Source: an uncultured Acidimicrobiaceae bacterium (GTDB lineage Bacteria > Actinomycetota > Acidimicrobiia > Acidimicrobiales > RAAP-2). Taken from it: a stretch of DNA of 64,000 nucleotides. Below, in pieces: positions 7,274 through 16,380 of the stretch; within the stretch, counting starts at the first letter, position 1; every line of letters starts with the position of its first letter. The stretch is from NCBI GenBank assembly GCA_963737625.1, contig CAVTTK010000006.1, positions 181,003 through 245,002 of the forward strand. Direction: 5' to 3'. The translations under genes and the position numbers were made by a program. Under the pieces are notes generated by a model. It made no database searches, was not told where the DNA came from, and was given only the letters and a program-made list of their open reading frames with translations.

Positions 7274-9538
7274 ATGAAGACCTACGAACCCTTCGACGGG
7301 GTCATCGCCCGCACCCAGGCGGAGTCCACGCCCTGGTGGCCGGTCCCGGCCCATCCGGGGGAGAACGCCCCCAACGTGGTGGTCATACTCCTCGACGACA
7401 CCGGCTTCTCCCACCTCGGCTGCTACGGGTCCGACCTGGCCACGCCCAGCATCGACCGGTTGGCCGCCGGGGGACTCCGCTACACCAATTTCCACGTGAC
7501 GCCCCTGTGCTCGCCCACCCGGGCCTCGCTCCTCACCGGACGGAACCACCACACCGTCGGGATGCGGTCGCTCTCCAACTTCGACAGCGGCTACCCGCAC
7601 ATGCGTGGTCACATCTCCGACCATGCCGCCACCGTGGCCGAGGTGCTCCGGGACGAGGGGTATGCCACCTTCGCCGTGGGCAAGTGGCACCTGTGCGCCA
7701 TGGACAACGCCTCGGCCGCCGGGCCCTACGACCAGTGGCCGTGCCAGCGGGGGTTCGACCGCTACTACGGCTTCCTGGAGGGCGAGACCGACCAGTTCCA
7801 CCCGGAGCTGATCCACGACAACCACAGCGTCGAGCCCCCCGGCACCCCCGAGACGGGCTACCACCTGAGCGAGGACCTCGTGGACCACGCCTTGCACTTC
7901 ATCCACGACACCGTCTCCATCCGTCCCGACCGCCCGTTCTTCACCTACCTGGCCTTCGGGGCCATGCACGCGCCCCACCAGGCCCCCCAGGCGTATCTGG
8001 ACAAGTACCGTGGCCGCTTCGACGAGGGCTGGGACGTGGCCCGTGACCGGTGGTTCGCCCGGCAACAGGAGATGGGCCTACTGCCTCCGGGGACCGAGCT
8101 GGCCCCCCGGAACCCGGGCGTCGAGCCGTGGGAGTCCCTGCCCGAGAACCACAAGCGCCTGGCTGCCCGGCTCCAGGAGGCCTTCGCCGCCTTCCTCGAG
8201 CACACCGACGAGCAGATCGGACGGTTCGTGGCCGGCCTCGAGGAGCTGGGCCGTCTCGACGACACCCTCATCCTCCTGATGTCGGACAACGGTGCCAGCC
8301 AGGAGGGCGGGCCCTTCGGGGTCCTGCACGAGATGAAGTACTTCAACTTCTTGGCCGAGTCGCCCGACGAGGCCGTCGAGCGCATCGACGACATCGGCGG
8401 CCCCCACAGTCACGCCAACTACCCGTGGGGCTGGGCCCAGGCCGGCAATACCCCGTTCAAGTGGTACAAGCAGAACACCCACGAGGGCGGCGTGCACGTG
8501 CCTCTCATCGTCCACTGGCCCGGGCACATCACCGACGGCGGATCGCTCCGCCATCAGTTCCACCACGTGAGCGACATCGTCCCCACCATCTACGAGACCC
8601 TGGGGATCGAACCCCCGACGACCTATCACGGCCTCGAGCAGATCCCGGTCTCGGGGACCTCCCTGCGCTACTCGTTCGGAGCACCCGACGAGCCCAGCCA
8701 CAAGCACGTCCAGTATTTCGAGATGATGGGGCACCGGGCGATCTACGCCGACGGGTGGAAGGCGGTCACCCGCCACCAGCCCGGGGTGCCCTTCGACGAC
8801 GACGACTGGGAGCTCTACCACCTCGACGACGACCGCTCGGAGTGCCGGAACCTGGCCACGGAGCAGCCGGAGCGGCTGGCCGAGCTGGTCGCACTGTGGT
8901 GGCGGGAGGCCGAGGAGTACGGGGTCCTCCCCCTCGACGACCGCACCATCGAGCTGTTCTTCACCCGCTACCGGGATCGGTCCCCCCACCCCATCACCCG
9001 CCACTACTCCTACTTCCCACCGATGTCACCGCTCCCCGGCCAGGCCGCGCCATCGCTCGGAGGACGGGGATGGGACATGGCCGCCACCGTCGACCGTCCC
9101 GAAGGCGCCAACGGCGTCCTGTACGCCTCGGGCAACGAGAACTCGGGGGTCACCCTGTTCGTCCAGGAGGACCGGCTGGTCCTCGACTACAACTGCTTCG
9201 GGGACCACCACGTGGTGGTGTCCCAGGATCGCGTACCCGTCGGACCCTCGGTGATCGGCGTCCACTTCGTCCGGGACGGTCGGGGGGGCGATGCGACCCT
9301 GGTGATCGACGGCGAACCCAGCGGCACCCTCTCGGTGCCGTTCATGATGACCATGATCTCGAGCGTCGGGCCCAGCGTGGGCTACGACCACGGATCCCCG
9401 GTGAGCCCGCGCTACGCGGCTCCCTTCCCCTTCGAGGGTACCCTCAGGCGGTTGGACGTCACCCTGGCCCGGCCGTCGTCGACAGCCCGGGACGACGAGG
9501 GCCCGGCGGCCGAGCGGGCCGCCATGTCCCGCCAGTGA
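7274..9538 (+). CDS. Arylsulfatase (type I sulfatase, Cys-type formylglycine motif)
   Basis: Sulfatase signature CSPTRASLLTGR, with VVILLDDTGF at the N-terminus. ATG at 7274 (MKTYEPF). Confidence 0.9.
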   Translation: MKTYEPFDGVIARTQAESTPWWPVPAHPGENAPNVVVILLDDTGFSHLGCYGSDLATPSIDRLAAGGLRYTNFHVTPLCSPTRASLLTGRNHHTVGMRSLSNFDSGYPHMRGHISDHAATVAEVLRDEGYATFAVGKWHLCAMDNASAAGPYDQWPCQRGFDRYYGFLEGETDQFHPELIHDNHSVEPPGTPETGYHLSEDLVDHALHFIHDTVSIRPDRPFFTYLAFGAMHAPHQAPQAYLDKYRGRFDEGWDVARDRWFARQQEMGLLPPGTELAPRNPGVEPWESLPENHKRLAARLQEAFAAFLEHTDEQIGRFVAGLEELGRLDDTLILLMSDNGASQEGGPFGVLHEMKYFNFLAESPDEAVERIDDIGGPHSHANYPWGWAQAGNTPFKWYKQNTHEGGVHVPLIVHWPGHITDGGSLRHQFHHVSDIVPTIYETLGIEPPTTYHGLEQIPVSGTSLRYSFGAPDEPSHKHVQYFEMMGHRAIYADGWKAVTRHQPGVPFDDDDWELYHLDDDRSECRNLATEQPERLAELVALWWREAEEYGVLPLDDRTIELFFTRYRDRSPHPITRHYSYFPPMSPLPGQAAPSLGGRGWDMAATVDRPEGANGVLYASGNENSGVTLFVQEDRLVLDYNCFGDHHVVVSQDRVPVGPSVIGVHFVRDGRGGDATLVIDGEPSGTLSVPFMMTMISSVGPSVGYDHGSPVSPRYAAPFPFEGTLRRLDVTLARPSSTARDDEGPAAERAAMSRQ

Positions 9539-9564
9539 GCGGCCCCTGACCGACGGCCGGGGCC

Positions 9565-10443
9565 TCAGGCGGTGAAGCGAGCCGAGGCGCCGGCGTCGAC
9601 GTCGATGACCGACCCGGTGATGTGCCGGGCGCCGTCCCCGGCCAGGAACACCACGGCGGCGGTGATCTCCTCGGGCTCGAGCCACGGCACCGGCTGCACG
9701 TGCAGGGCCGTCATGCCCGGCTCGACGTCCTCTCGGGTGGGGTGCTCGAGGTCCGGCCGCATGAGACCGTACAGGGTGTCGTTGTGGATCATGGGGGTGG
9801 AGACGTTGCCCGGGGCCACGGCGTTGACGGTGATGCCGAAGGCGGCCAACTCGAAAGCCACCGACTTGACCAGGCCGATCACCCCCCACTTGGAGGCCAC
9901 ATAGGCCGGGATGCCCGGGTTGGACGAGCGACCCATCATCGACGAGACGCCGACGATGCGCCCCCAGCGCTGGCGGCGCATATGGGGCGCCGCGGCGCGC
10001 ATGGCATTGAACACGCCGGTCAGGTTGGTGTCGATGGTCTCACTCCATTCGTCGGCACCCATGGTGCAGATCGACCCCAGGGCGGAGATGCCGGCGTTGG
10101 CCACGAGGATGTCCACCGATCCGAGCTCGGCACGTGCCTCGTCCACGAAGGCCACGGTGGCGGCGAGGTCCCGCACGTCGGTCACCGACGACACGCAGCG
10201 GCGTCCCTGCTCCTCCACCAGCCGCACCGTCTCGGCCAGGTCGTCCTGAGTCCCGAGCGGATAGCCCACACTGTCGAGGTCGTGGCAGAGGTCGCAGACG
10301 GCGACGTCGGCGCCGAGCCGGGCGAACTCGAGGGCGTGGGAGCGGCCTTGGCCCCGCGCCCCTCCGGTGATCACCGCCACCTTCCCGGCGAAGGGCAGCC
10401 CGTCTGGTGCCGTCGCTGGGGTGTCTGCCGTCGCTGCCGTCAC
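9565..10443 (-). CDS. SDR-family oxidoreductase of the mycofactocin-coupled (carveol dehydrogenase-like) subgroup
   Basis: GKVAVITGGARGQGRSHA...DLCHDLDSVGYPLGTQDDLAETVRLVE is the hallmark N-terminus of that subgroup as I recall it. Also YVASK. The GTG at 10443 is preceded by gggaggg. Confidence 0.8.
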   Translation of the reverse strand: MTAATADTPATAPDGLPFAGKVAVITGGARGQGRSHALEFARLGADVAVCDLCHDLDSVGYPLGTQDDLAETVRLVEEQGRRCVSSVTDVRDLAATVAFVDEARAELGSVDILVANAGISALGSICTMGADEWSETIDTNLTGVFNAMRAAAPHMRRQRWGRIVGVSSMMGRSSNPGIPAYVASKWGVIGLVKSVAFELAAFGITVNAVAPGNVSTPMIHNDTLYGLMRPDLEHPTREDVEPGMTALHVQPVPWLEPEEITAAVVFLAGDGARHITGSVIDVDAGASARFTA

Positions 10444-10550
10444 GATGTCCCTCCCTGGTCCCCCGGTATCGCCGCCCAAGCGACGGATCCACTGGTGCCG
10501 TCACCGTAGCGGTCGACGCACTCCGGGGCCCGACGGGGGCCCACCACCCC

Positions 10551-11300
10551 TCAGTCGGCGCGCCCCCAGGTCCGCAGCACCCGGCGGTACCGCCGGTCCC
10601 ACCGGTCGTAGGCCACCCGGAGCGTGGCCCCCGGCCACGCCGAGGGCAACAGTTCGGTCGGAAGGAGCGGGTCGGCCTGCAGGTGGCGCAGTACCTCCGC
10701 CGACAGCACGAACCCCGGGGCCAACATCTCGGGGGTCGTCGGGGGAAGCGCGTGCATCGCCTCCTCCAGCCGGTCGGCCCCCCGGGCCCAGGCGGCGAGA
10801 TCCCACAACCTGGCCGCCATCTCCACCGGGTCCCCGTCGGGCCTCGCCGAGTACAGCACCACGTCGGGGTCCTCGGCCGGATCGGGCCGCAGGTCGATGT
10901 TGGCCGGCCGCAACCACACCCCTTCGCGCTGCTCCGACAGTCGGGCCAGGGTCAGGGCCCGGCGCCGGGCCGAGCGGTCATCGGCCGAGCGCCCCGAGGC
11001 CGTCACCACCACCATGCTCCACGACCCGTCCCACGCACGCGTCTCCCCCCGTCGGCTGCCGGTCTGACGGTCCCGGCGGTCGAGCAGGTGGCCGGCCAGC
11101 CGGTAGTGGCCCGAACCGTCGGTGGTCACCTCCCCGGCCGAGACCATCCGGGACAGCGCCACCCGGGCCCGGTTCTCGTTGATGCCGAACAGCGCGGCCA
11201 GGTGGACCAGATGGGACACGGGAAGCTGCGGCGGGTCCTCACCCAGGAGGGCGCTGGCCAGGACCGACCGGGCCGTGAGCGGTGCATTACCTTCTTGCAT
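10551..11300 (-). CDS. PaaX-family transcriptional regulator
   Basis: N-terminal wHTH LTARSVLASALLG...HLVHLAALFGINENRARVALSRM and C-terminal WLRPANIDL, as in PaaX. The start is ambiguous: ATG at 11300 or GTG at 11330. Confidence 0.8.
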   Translation of the reverse strand: MQEGNAPLTARSVLASALLGEDPPQLPVSHLVHLAALFGINENRARVALSRMVSAGEVTTDGSGHYRLAGHLLDRRDRQTGSRRGETRAWDGSWSMVVVTASGRSADDRSARRRALTLARLSEQREGVWLRPANIDLRPDPAEDPDVVLYSARPDGDPVEMAARLWDLAAWARGADRLEEAMHALPPTTPEMLAPGFVLSAEVLRHLQADPLLPTELLPSAWPGATLRVAYDRWDRRYRRVLRTWGRAD

Positions 11301-11330
11301 CAGCTGTTCAATATCTGTAATATGCCACAC

Positions 11331-12278
11331 ATGTCACTGACCATGGTGGCCGAAGCCGGGGACCGTCCGGAGGTCTTCCCGACCGACCGGCTGATGGAGA
11401 ACGGGATGGCCCGGCCCGACCTCCGCCACGACCTCCGCCACATCGCCGACGGGCGCAACGCCGTCACCGTGGCCTCGGTATGGGCCTGGGTGGCGGTGAT
11501 CATCGGTGGCTCCGTGTGGATCGACCGGTGGTGGTCCTACCTGGTGGCCTTCGTCCTGATGGGCCCGATCTACGCCCGCTTCGCCATTCTGATGCACGAG
11601 GCCGCGCACAGACTGTTGTTCTCGAACAAGCGGACCAACGACTGGGTGGGCACCTGGCTGCTGGCCTACCCCACCTGGACCCCCATCTCGATCTACCGCC
11701 GCGGCCACTTCGCCCACCACAAGGAGGAGTTCGGCCCGCGTGAGCCCGACCTGGCCTTCTACGGCGGCTACCGCTGCGACCGGCGCACGCTGGCCCGCCG
11801 TCTGACCCGGGATGCCGTAGGCATCTCGGGCTGGAAGAACTTCACCCCGCTGTTCAAGGCCCTCCGTCGGAACGGCACACGACGGGTGGCCGGCTCCATC
11901 CTCGGTGTGCAGGTGGCGCTGTGGGCCGTGCTGTGGGTGGCCACCGGCCGGTGGTGGGTCTACCCCCTGTTGTGGTGGCTCCCGTGGATGACCCAGTGGC
12001 GGGTGATCAACCGGCTGCGGGCCATCGCCGAGCACGGCGGTCTCGAAGCCGGGCAGGACCGACGGGTGACCACCCACAATGTGCGCCAGTCCCTTCCGGC
12101 CCGGTTCTGGTTCGTGCCCTACAACACCGGATGGCACCTGGCCCACCACGTGGACATGGGCATCCCGTTCCGCAATCTGCCGGCCTTCCACGCCGAACTG
12201 GAGCGGGCCGGGTACATCACCGACGGGATCACGTACCCCAGCTACCGCTCGCTGTGGCGGGCTCTGGCCTCGGCCTGA
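11331..12278 (+). CDS. Membrane fatty-acid desaturase family protein
   Basis: Three His boxes: HEAAH, HFAHH and HLAHH. TM segments present. The ATG at 11331 lies 8 nt after a taatat hexamer. Confidence 0.85.
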   Translation: MSLTMVAEAGDRPEVFPTDRLMENGMARPDLRHDLRHIADGRNAVTVASVWAWVAVIIGGSVWIDRWWSYLVAFVLMGPIYARFAILMHEAAHRLLFSNKRTNDWVGTWLLAYPTWTPISIYRRGHFAHHKEEFGPREPDLAFYGGYRCDRRTLARRLTRDAVGISGWKNFTPLFKALRRNGTRRVAGSILGVQVALWAVLWVATGRWWVYPLLWWLPWMTQWRVINRLRAIAEHGGLEAGQDRRVTTHNVRQSLPARFWFVPYNTGWHLAHHVDMGIPFRNLPAFHAELERAGYITDGITYPSYRSLWRALASA

Positions 12279-12298
12279 CCGGCCTGGACCGCCAGTAC

Positions 12299-13966
12299 TC
12301 AGACCGGGCGCTGGCGCATGTCCCGATACCGCCGGACCAGGGTGGCTGTCGAGGAGTCCTGTTCGGAGAGGTCGGGCACGCCGGTGTCGGTCAGGGTCGG
12401 GGCCAGCTGTACGGCCATGACCTTGCCTAGCTCCACGCCCCACTGGTCGAACGAGTCGATGCCCCACACGGCTCCCTCGGTGAACACGGTGTGCTCGTAG
12501 AGGGCCACCAGCTGGCCGAGCACCGAGGGTGTCAGCTTCGGGGCAATGATGGTGGAGCTCGGGTGGTTGCCGGGCATCACCTTGTGGGGCACCACCCCGG
12601 GTGCCGTCCCCTCGGCGGCCACCTCCTCGGCCGTGCGGCCGAAGGCCAGCACCTTGGCCTGGGCGAAGCAGTTGGACATGAGCAGGTCCTGCTGGTCCCC
12701 GTGTTCATGGGTGGACTCGCCGAATCCGATGAAGTCGCAGGGGATCAGCTTGGTGCCCTGATGGAGGAGTTGATAGAAGGCGTGCTGGCCGTTGGTGCCC
12801 GGCTCCCCCCAGAAGATCTCGCCGGTCTGGCCCCACACCGGGGAGCCGTCGCGGCGGACGGACTTGCCGTTGGACTCCATGGTGAGCTGCTGGAGGTAGG
12901 CCGGGAAGCGGGCCAGACGCTGGCTGTAGGGAAGCACGGCGTGGGTCTCGGCACCGAACAGGTTGTCGTACCAGACGTTGAGCATCCCCTGGATGGCCGG
13001 CATGTTGGCTTCGAGCGGGGCGGTGGCGAAGTGCCGGTCGATGGTGTGGAAGCCGGCCAGCATGTCGGCGAAGGCCTCCGGACCGATGGCCACCATGAGC
13101 GAGAACCCGATGGCCGAGTCGAAGGAGTACCGGCCGCCCACCCAGTCCCAGAAGCCGAACATGTTGGCCGGGTCGATGCCGAACCGGGTGACCCCTTCCT
13201 CGTTGGTGGACACCGCCACGAAGTGCTTGGCCACGGCGTCTTCCCCCACCCCCAGGCCGTCGAGCAACCACGTCCGGGCGGCCGAGGCGTTGGTCAGTGT
13301 CTCCAGCGTGGTGAAGGTCTTGGAGCTCACCACGAACAGCGTCTCGGCCGGATCGAGGTCGTGGGTCTTCTGGTAGAGGTCGACCGGGTCGATGTTCGAC
13401 ACGAAGCGGCAGTCGATGTCCGGGTCGGCGTAGTCCCGCAGGGCCTCGTAGGCCATGGCCGGACCGAGGTCCGATCCCCCGATGCCGATGTTGACCACGG
13501 CGCGGATCCGGCGACCGGTGGCGCCCGTCCACCGCCCGCGGCGGATGGCGTCGGCCACCGAGCCCATCCGGTCCAGGACCTGGTGCACGTCGGCCACCAC
13601 ATCCCGGCCATCGACCTCGAGATGCGAGCCCCTGGGCATGCGCAGGGCCACGTGGAGCACAGCCCGGTCCTCGGTGGTGTTGATGGGCCGACCGGCGAAC
13701 ATGGCATCCCGACGCGCCTCGACACCGGCCCGGCGGGCCACGGCCATCAGGGCCTTGAGCGTGTCGGGAGTGGCGCGGTGCTTGGAGTAGTCGAGGTAGA
13801 GGTCACCGGCGGACACGGCCATCGACGAGCCGCGGCCGGGGTCCTCGGCGAACAGCTGGCGGAGGTGGCGGTGGCGGACCGCCTCGAAGTGTTCGGTGAG
13901 CACGCGCCATTCCTCGGTGGAGGGAACGTCCACCACGCCGTGGTCCGTCTCTGCTGTCGCGTCCAT
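12299..13966 (-). CDS. pgi: Glucose-6-phosphate isomerase
   Basis: 555 aa starting at [19 protein letters not shown] and strong PGI-family similarity throughout. The track ORF runs on a further 387 codons upstream of this start as spurious read-through. Confidence 0.95.
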   Translation of the reverse strand: MDATAETDHGVVDVPSTEEWRVLTEHFEAVRHRHLRQLFAEDPGRGSSMAVSAGDLYLDYSKHRATPDTLKALMAVARRAGVEARRDAMFAGRPINTTEDRAVLHVALRMPRGSHLEVDGRDVVADVHQVLDRMGSVADAIRRGRWTGATGRRIRAVVNIGIGGSDLGPAMAYEALRDYADPDIDCRFVSNIDPVDLYQKTHDLDPAETLFVVSSKTFTTLETLTNASAARTWLLDGLGVGEDAVAKHFVAVSTNEEGVTRFGIDPANMFGFWDWVGGRYSFDSAIGFSLMVAIGPEAFADMLAGFHTIDRHFATAPLEANMPAIQGMLNVWYDNLFGAETHAVLPYSQRLARFPAYLQQLTMESNGKSVRRDGSPVWGQTGEIFWGEPGTNGQHAFYQLLHQGTKLIPCDFIGFGESTHEHGDQQDLLMSNCFAQAKVLAFGRTAEEVAAEGTAPGVVPHKVMPGNHPSSTIIAPKLTPSVLGQLVALYEHTVFTEGAVWGIDSFDQWGVELGKVMAVQLAPTLTDTGVPDLSEQDSSTATLVRRYRDMRQRPV

Positions 13967-14401
13967 GCCGCTCCGTTCACAGTCGGTTCGATGAGGCCGG
14001 CAGGCCCGGGCCGGGCCCCGCGTGGCCCACCCGGCAGTCGCCCGCGCTGGCCTGAACCAGAAGATTACCCACCATTCACCGTCCAGTGACCTGACGATCG
14101 CGTCCCGTTCACCTGGGCTTCCTAGGTTGCAACGGATGGGGGACGACCGCGACATCCGCTGCACCGGCACCGGCCGGTCTCCGGCCGTTCCCCGGGTCAG
14201 ACCTCCGGCGGGGTCGGTCCGCCCGGAGACCTGGCGCCGGCTGCCTCTCACGGCAACGTCATCCGGCACAGTCCCGCTGCAGCTTCGGTCCAGCTGCGGC
14301 GTGTGCGCCCGCCGGCACCGAACCCCCGGGCCGGCCAGCGCGCCGTCCCGGGGGGCTGGTGATCGCCCATGACCCTGGCTCTCCGATCGACGGAGGAGGG
14401 C

Positions 14402-15115
14402 ATGCTTCCCCCGGAGGGTCACCCCACCATTCTCATCATCGATGACGACGGCCAGTCCCGTGAGTGGCTGGCGGCCACGCTGTCCGTGGAGGGATTCGAC
14501 GTGGTCATGGCGGCCGACGGGTCCGAAGGTGTGGCCCAGACGGCGGCGGCCCACCCGTCCCTGATCCTGCTGGCCATGGAACTGGGCGATGCCCAGGGCC
14601 TGTCCGTCTACCGTCGCATCTGCTCCATCTCCTCGGCCCCGGTGATCATGGTGACGGCGCGGCACGACGAACTCGACGCCGTGGTGGCCCTCGAGGCCGG
14701 TGCGGCCGACCACATCATCAAGCCCCCCCGCCCCCGCGAGTTGACGGCCCGCATCCGGGCCGTCCTGCGGAGGGTGGGGAGCCCCTCGACCACTCCGGTG
14801 GTCGAGCCGCCGGTCAGCGTCTACGACCTGGGGCCGGTCCGCATCGACCTTCCGCTCCGTCAGGTGGTGGTGCGCGGCCGTGAGGTCGAGCTGGCCCGCA
14901 AGGAGTTCGAGCTGCTGACGCTCCTGGTGTCCGAGGCCGGCAACGTGGTCACCCGCACCCAGTGCATGGAGCGGATCTGGCGGGACCGCACCAAAGCGGA
15001 CAGCCGCACCCTCGACACCCACGTCAAGCGGCTGCGCAAGAAGGTCGAGCTCACCCCGGCGGAACCGCAGCACGTCCTCACGGTGCGCGGCATCGGCTAC
15101 CGCTTCAAGCCGTAG
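14402..15115 (+). CDS. OmpR/PhoB-family response regulator, atypical (phospho-acceptor Asp replaced by Ala)
   Basis: Receiver domain (ILIIDDDG...[14 protein letters not shown]...VTA...AADHIIKP) plus a winged-helix output ([11 protein letters not shown]). The ATG at 14402 follows ggaggaggg. No kinase gene is adjacent. Confidence 0.85.
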   Translation: MLPPEGHPTILIIDDDGQSREWLAATLSVEGFDVVMAADGSEGVAQTAAAHPSLILLAMELGDAQGLSVYRRICSISSAPVIMVTARHDELDAVVALEAGAADHIIKPPRPRELTARIRAVLRRVGSPSTTPVVEPPVSVYDLGPVRIDLPLRQVVVRGREVELARKEFELLTLLVSEAGNVVTRTQCMERIWRDRTKADSRTLDTHVKRLRKKVELTPAEPQHVLTVRGIGYRFKP

Positions 15116-15229
15116 CCGACGCCCCACCCAGGGGTGTGGGGCGTCGGGTAGCCCGGGATGGTTGCCCTTCCTGCCCTCCGGCCCCTCCCGAGGATTGCCG
15201 CCTACGGGTCCGGGCCGTGCCGTAGCATC

Positions 15230-15290
15230 GTGCCGGCGATGGAGTTCGCCCTAACCGCCGGCACCGGCTGATGACTCCTACCGGAAGAGC
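15230..15290 (+). promoter_or_regulatory. Fluoride riboswitch (crcB RNA motif)
   Basis: ggcgatggagttcgcc-ctaaccgcc-ggcaccgg-ctgatgactcctacc matches the conserved GGCGAUGG..CGCC / AACCGCC / CUGAUGA..CCUAC core. It lies directly upstream of crcB. Confidence 0.85.
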
Positions 15291-15318
15291 ACGTCACGCG
15301 AGACCGGAGGGAACAACG

Positions 15319-15825
15319 ATGCCGTCACCTGGAGCGGGGCCGAGACCATCCGTTCCCCAGGCCCCGCTGCGCCTGGTGGCCATCGCCGTCGGGGGAGCCC
15401 TCGGCACGCTGGCCCGCTACGGGACCGACCGGGCCGTCGTGGTATCCGCTGCCGGATTCCCCTGGGCCACCTTCGCCGTCAATGTGACCGGGTCGTTCAT
15501 CCTCGGACTCATCATGACCCTCGTGGTGGAGCGGTGGCCCCCGACGCGCTTCGTCCGCCCCTTTGCCGCCATCGGATTCTGCGGGGGATTCACCACCTTC
15601 TCCACGCTGGCCGTCGAGACGGCGCAGCGGGCCCGACACGGACACGTCGCCCTGGCCGCCGGTTACGTGGCGGCGACCCTGGTCGCCGGGGTGGCGGCCG
15701 CCATGCTGGGCATGGCCGTGGCCCGGGGGCGGCTGCTCCCGGCAACCCGCAACCAACCCATCCCCGACCCCGACGACCTGGGGTCACTCACCTCCCGGTC
15801 CGACTCCGACGGACCCCGGCCATGA
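15319..15825 (+). CDS. crcB: Fluoride channel CrcB/FluC, subunit 1
   Basis: GGALGTLARY...NVTGSFILG...GFCGGFTTFST. The ATG at 15319 follows ggaggg; the track start at 15271 lies inside the riboswitch. Confidence 0.9.
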   Translation: MPSPGAGPRPSVPQAPLRLVAIAVGGALGTLARYGTDRAVVVSAAGFPWATFAVNVTGSFILGLIMTLVVERWPPTRFVRPFAAIGFCGGFTTFSTLAVETAQRARHGHVALAAGYVAATLVAGVAAAMLGMAVARGRLLPATRNQPIPDPDDLGSLTSRSDSDGPRP

Positions 15826-16190
15826 TCCTGGCCGGCGTGATGGTGGCCGGGGCCTGCGGCGCCGTCCTCCGGTACCTGGTCGACCACACGGTCCAACGTC
15901 GGGCCGGGGGCGGGTTCCCGTATGGCACCCTGGCCATCAACGTCAGCGGCTCCCTGGTCCTCGGCCTCATCACCGGCTTCGCCCTCCACCACGGGGTCTC
16001 AGCCGCCTGGCTCACCGTCGCCGGCACCGGCCTCGTCGGCGCCTACACCACCTTCTCCACCGTGGCCTTCGATACCGTGCGCCTGGCCGAGGCCGAGCGC
16101 TGGCGTCCGGCCCTCTGGAACGTGGCGTCCAGCATCGGCCTGGGCCTGGCGGCGGCGGCCCTGGGCCTGGCCGTGGGCTCGGCCCTCTGA
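15822..16190 (+). CDS. crcB: Fluoride channel CrcB/FluC, subunit 2
   Basis: GACGAVLRY...NVSGSLVLG...GAYTTFST. ATGA overlap with the first crcB gene. Confidence 0.9.
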   Translation: MILAGVMVAGACGAVLRYLVDHTVQRRAGGGFPYGTLAINVSGSLVLGLITGFALHHGVSAAWLTVAGTGLVGAYTTFSTVAFDTVRLAEAERWRPALWNVASSIGLGLAAAALGLAVGSAL

Positions 16191-16380
16191 CGCCCACACC
16201 GGGTCCCCGGCCGGCCCGATCCGAGCCCATCGGGACGGAGAAGCCGCCGCCTTACCGGGCTGACCTGGGAGAACGTCCGATGCCGCGCAACGTTTACCCA
16301 ATGATCACCCCGGTGTCGCCCGTCGGTCGTCCGGCGTTCATCTCCCCTCCTTACTCTCCGTGCGGAGGTGTTGCCGGTCC

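Noticed and set aside
6086-8065. 659-aa minus-strand ORF antisense to the P450 and sulfatase genes. Similar long antisense ORFs occur at 12491-14089, 21241-23796, 27685-28965, 39014-40606 and 49537-50916.
   Set aside because: The translations are Gly/Arg/Pro/His-rich with no motifs, and they lie exactly antisense to genes with strong family signatures. This is the typical stop-codon-poor artefact of DNA with about 70% GC.
9541-9564. The ggcccc...ggggcc hairpin between the convergent sulfatase and SDR genes as a terminator.
   Set aside because: It has a 6-bp stem, a 12-nt loop and no U-tract, which is too weak to annotate.
13967-14401. Possible riboswitch, sRNA or small gene in the 430-bp pgi / response-regulator intergenic region. 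This includes the track ORF at 14022-14372 and a ggtctccgg...ccggagacc stem.
   Set aside because: The ORF has a non-coding-like composition. The stems are of the kind any GC-rich sequence yields. I could not match the region to any RNA family consensus I know, such as ZTP, SAM, c-di-AMP or 6C.
12299-15127. Very long versions of real genes in the ORF track: pgi at 942 aa, desaturase at 623 aa, MFS transporter at 701 aa, ino1 at 920 aa, pstB at 547 aa, and the secreted protein at 1114 aa.
   Set aside because: The conserved N-termini, Shine-Dalgarno sequences and neighbouring genes on the other strand show that the upstream parts are read-through of open frames. I trimmed the starts accordingly.
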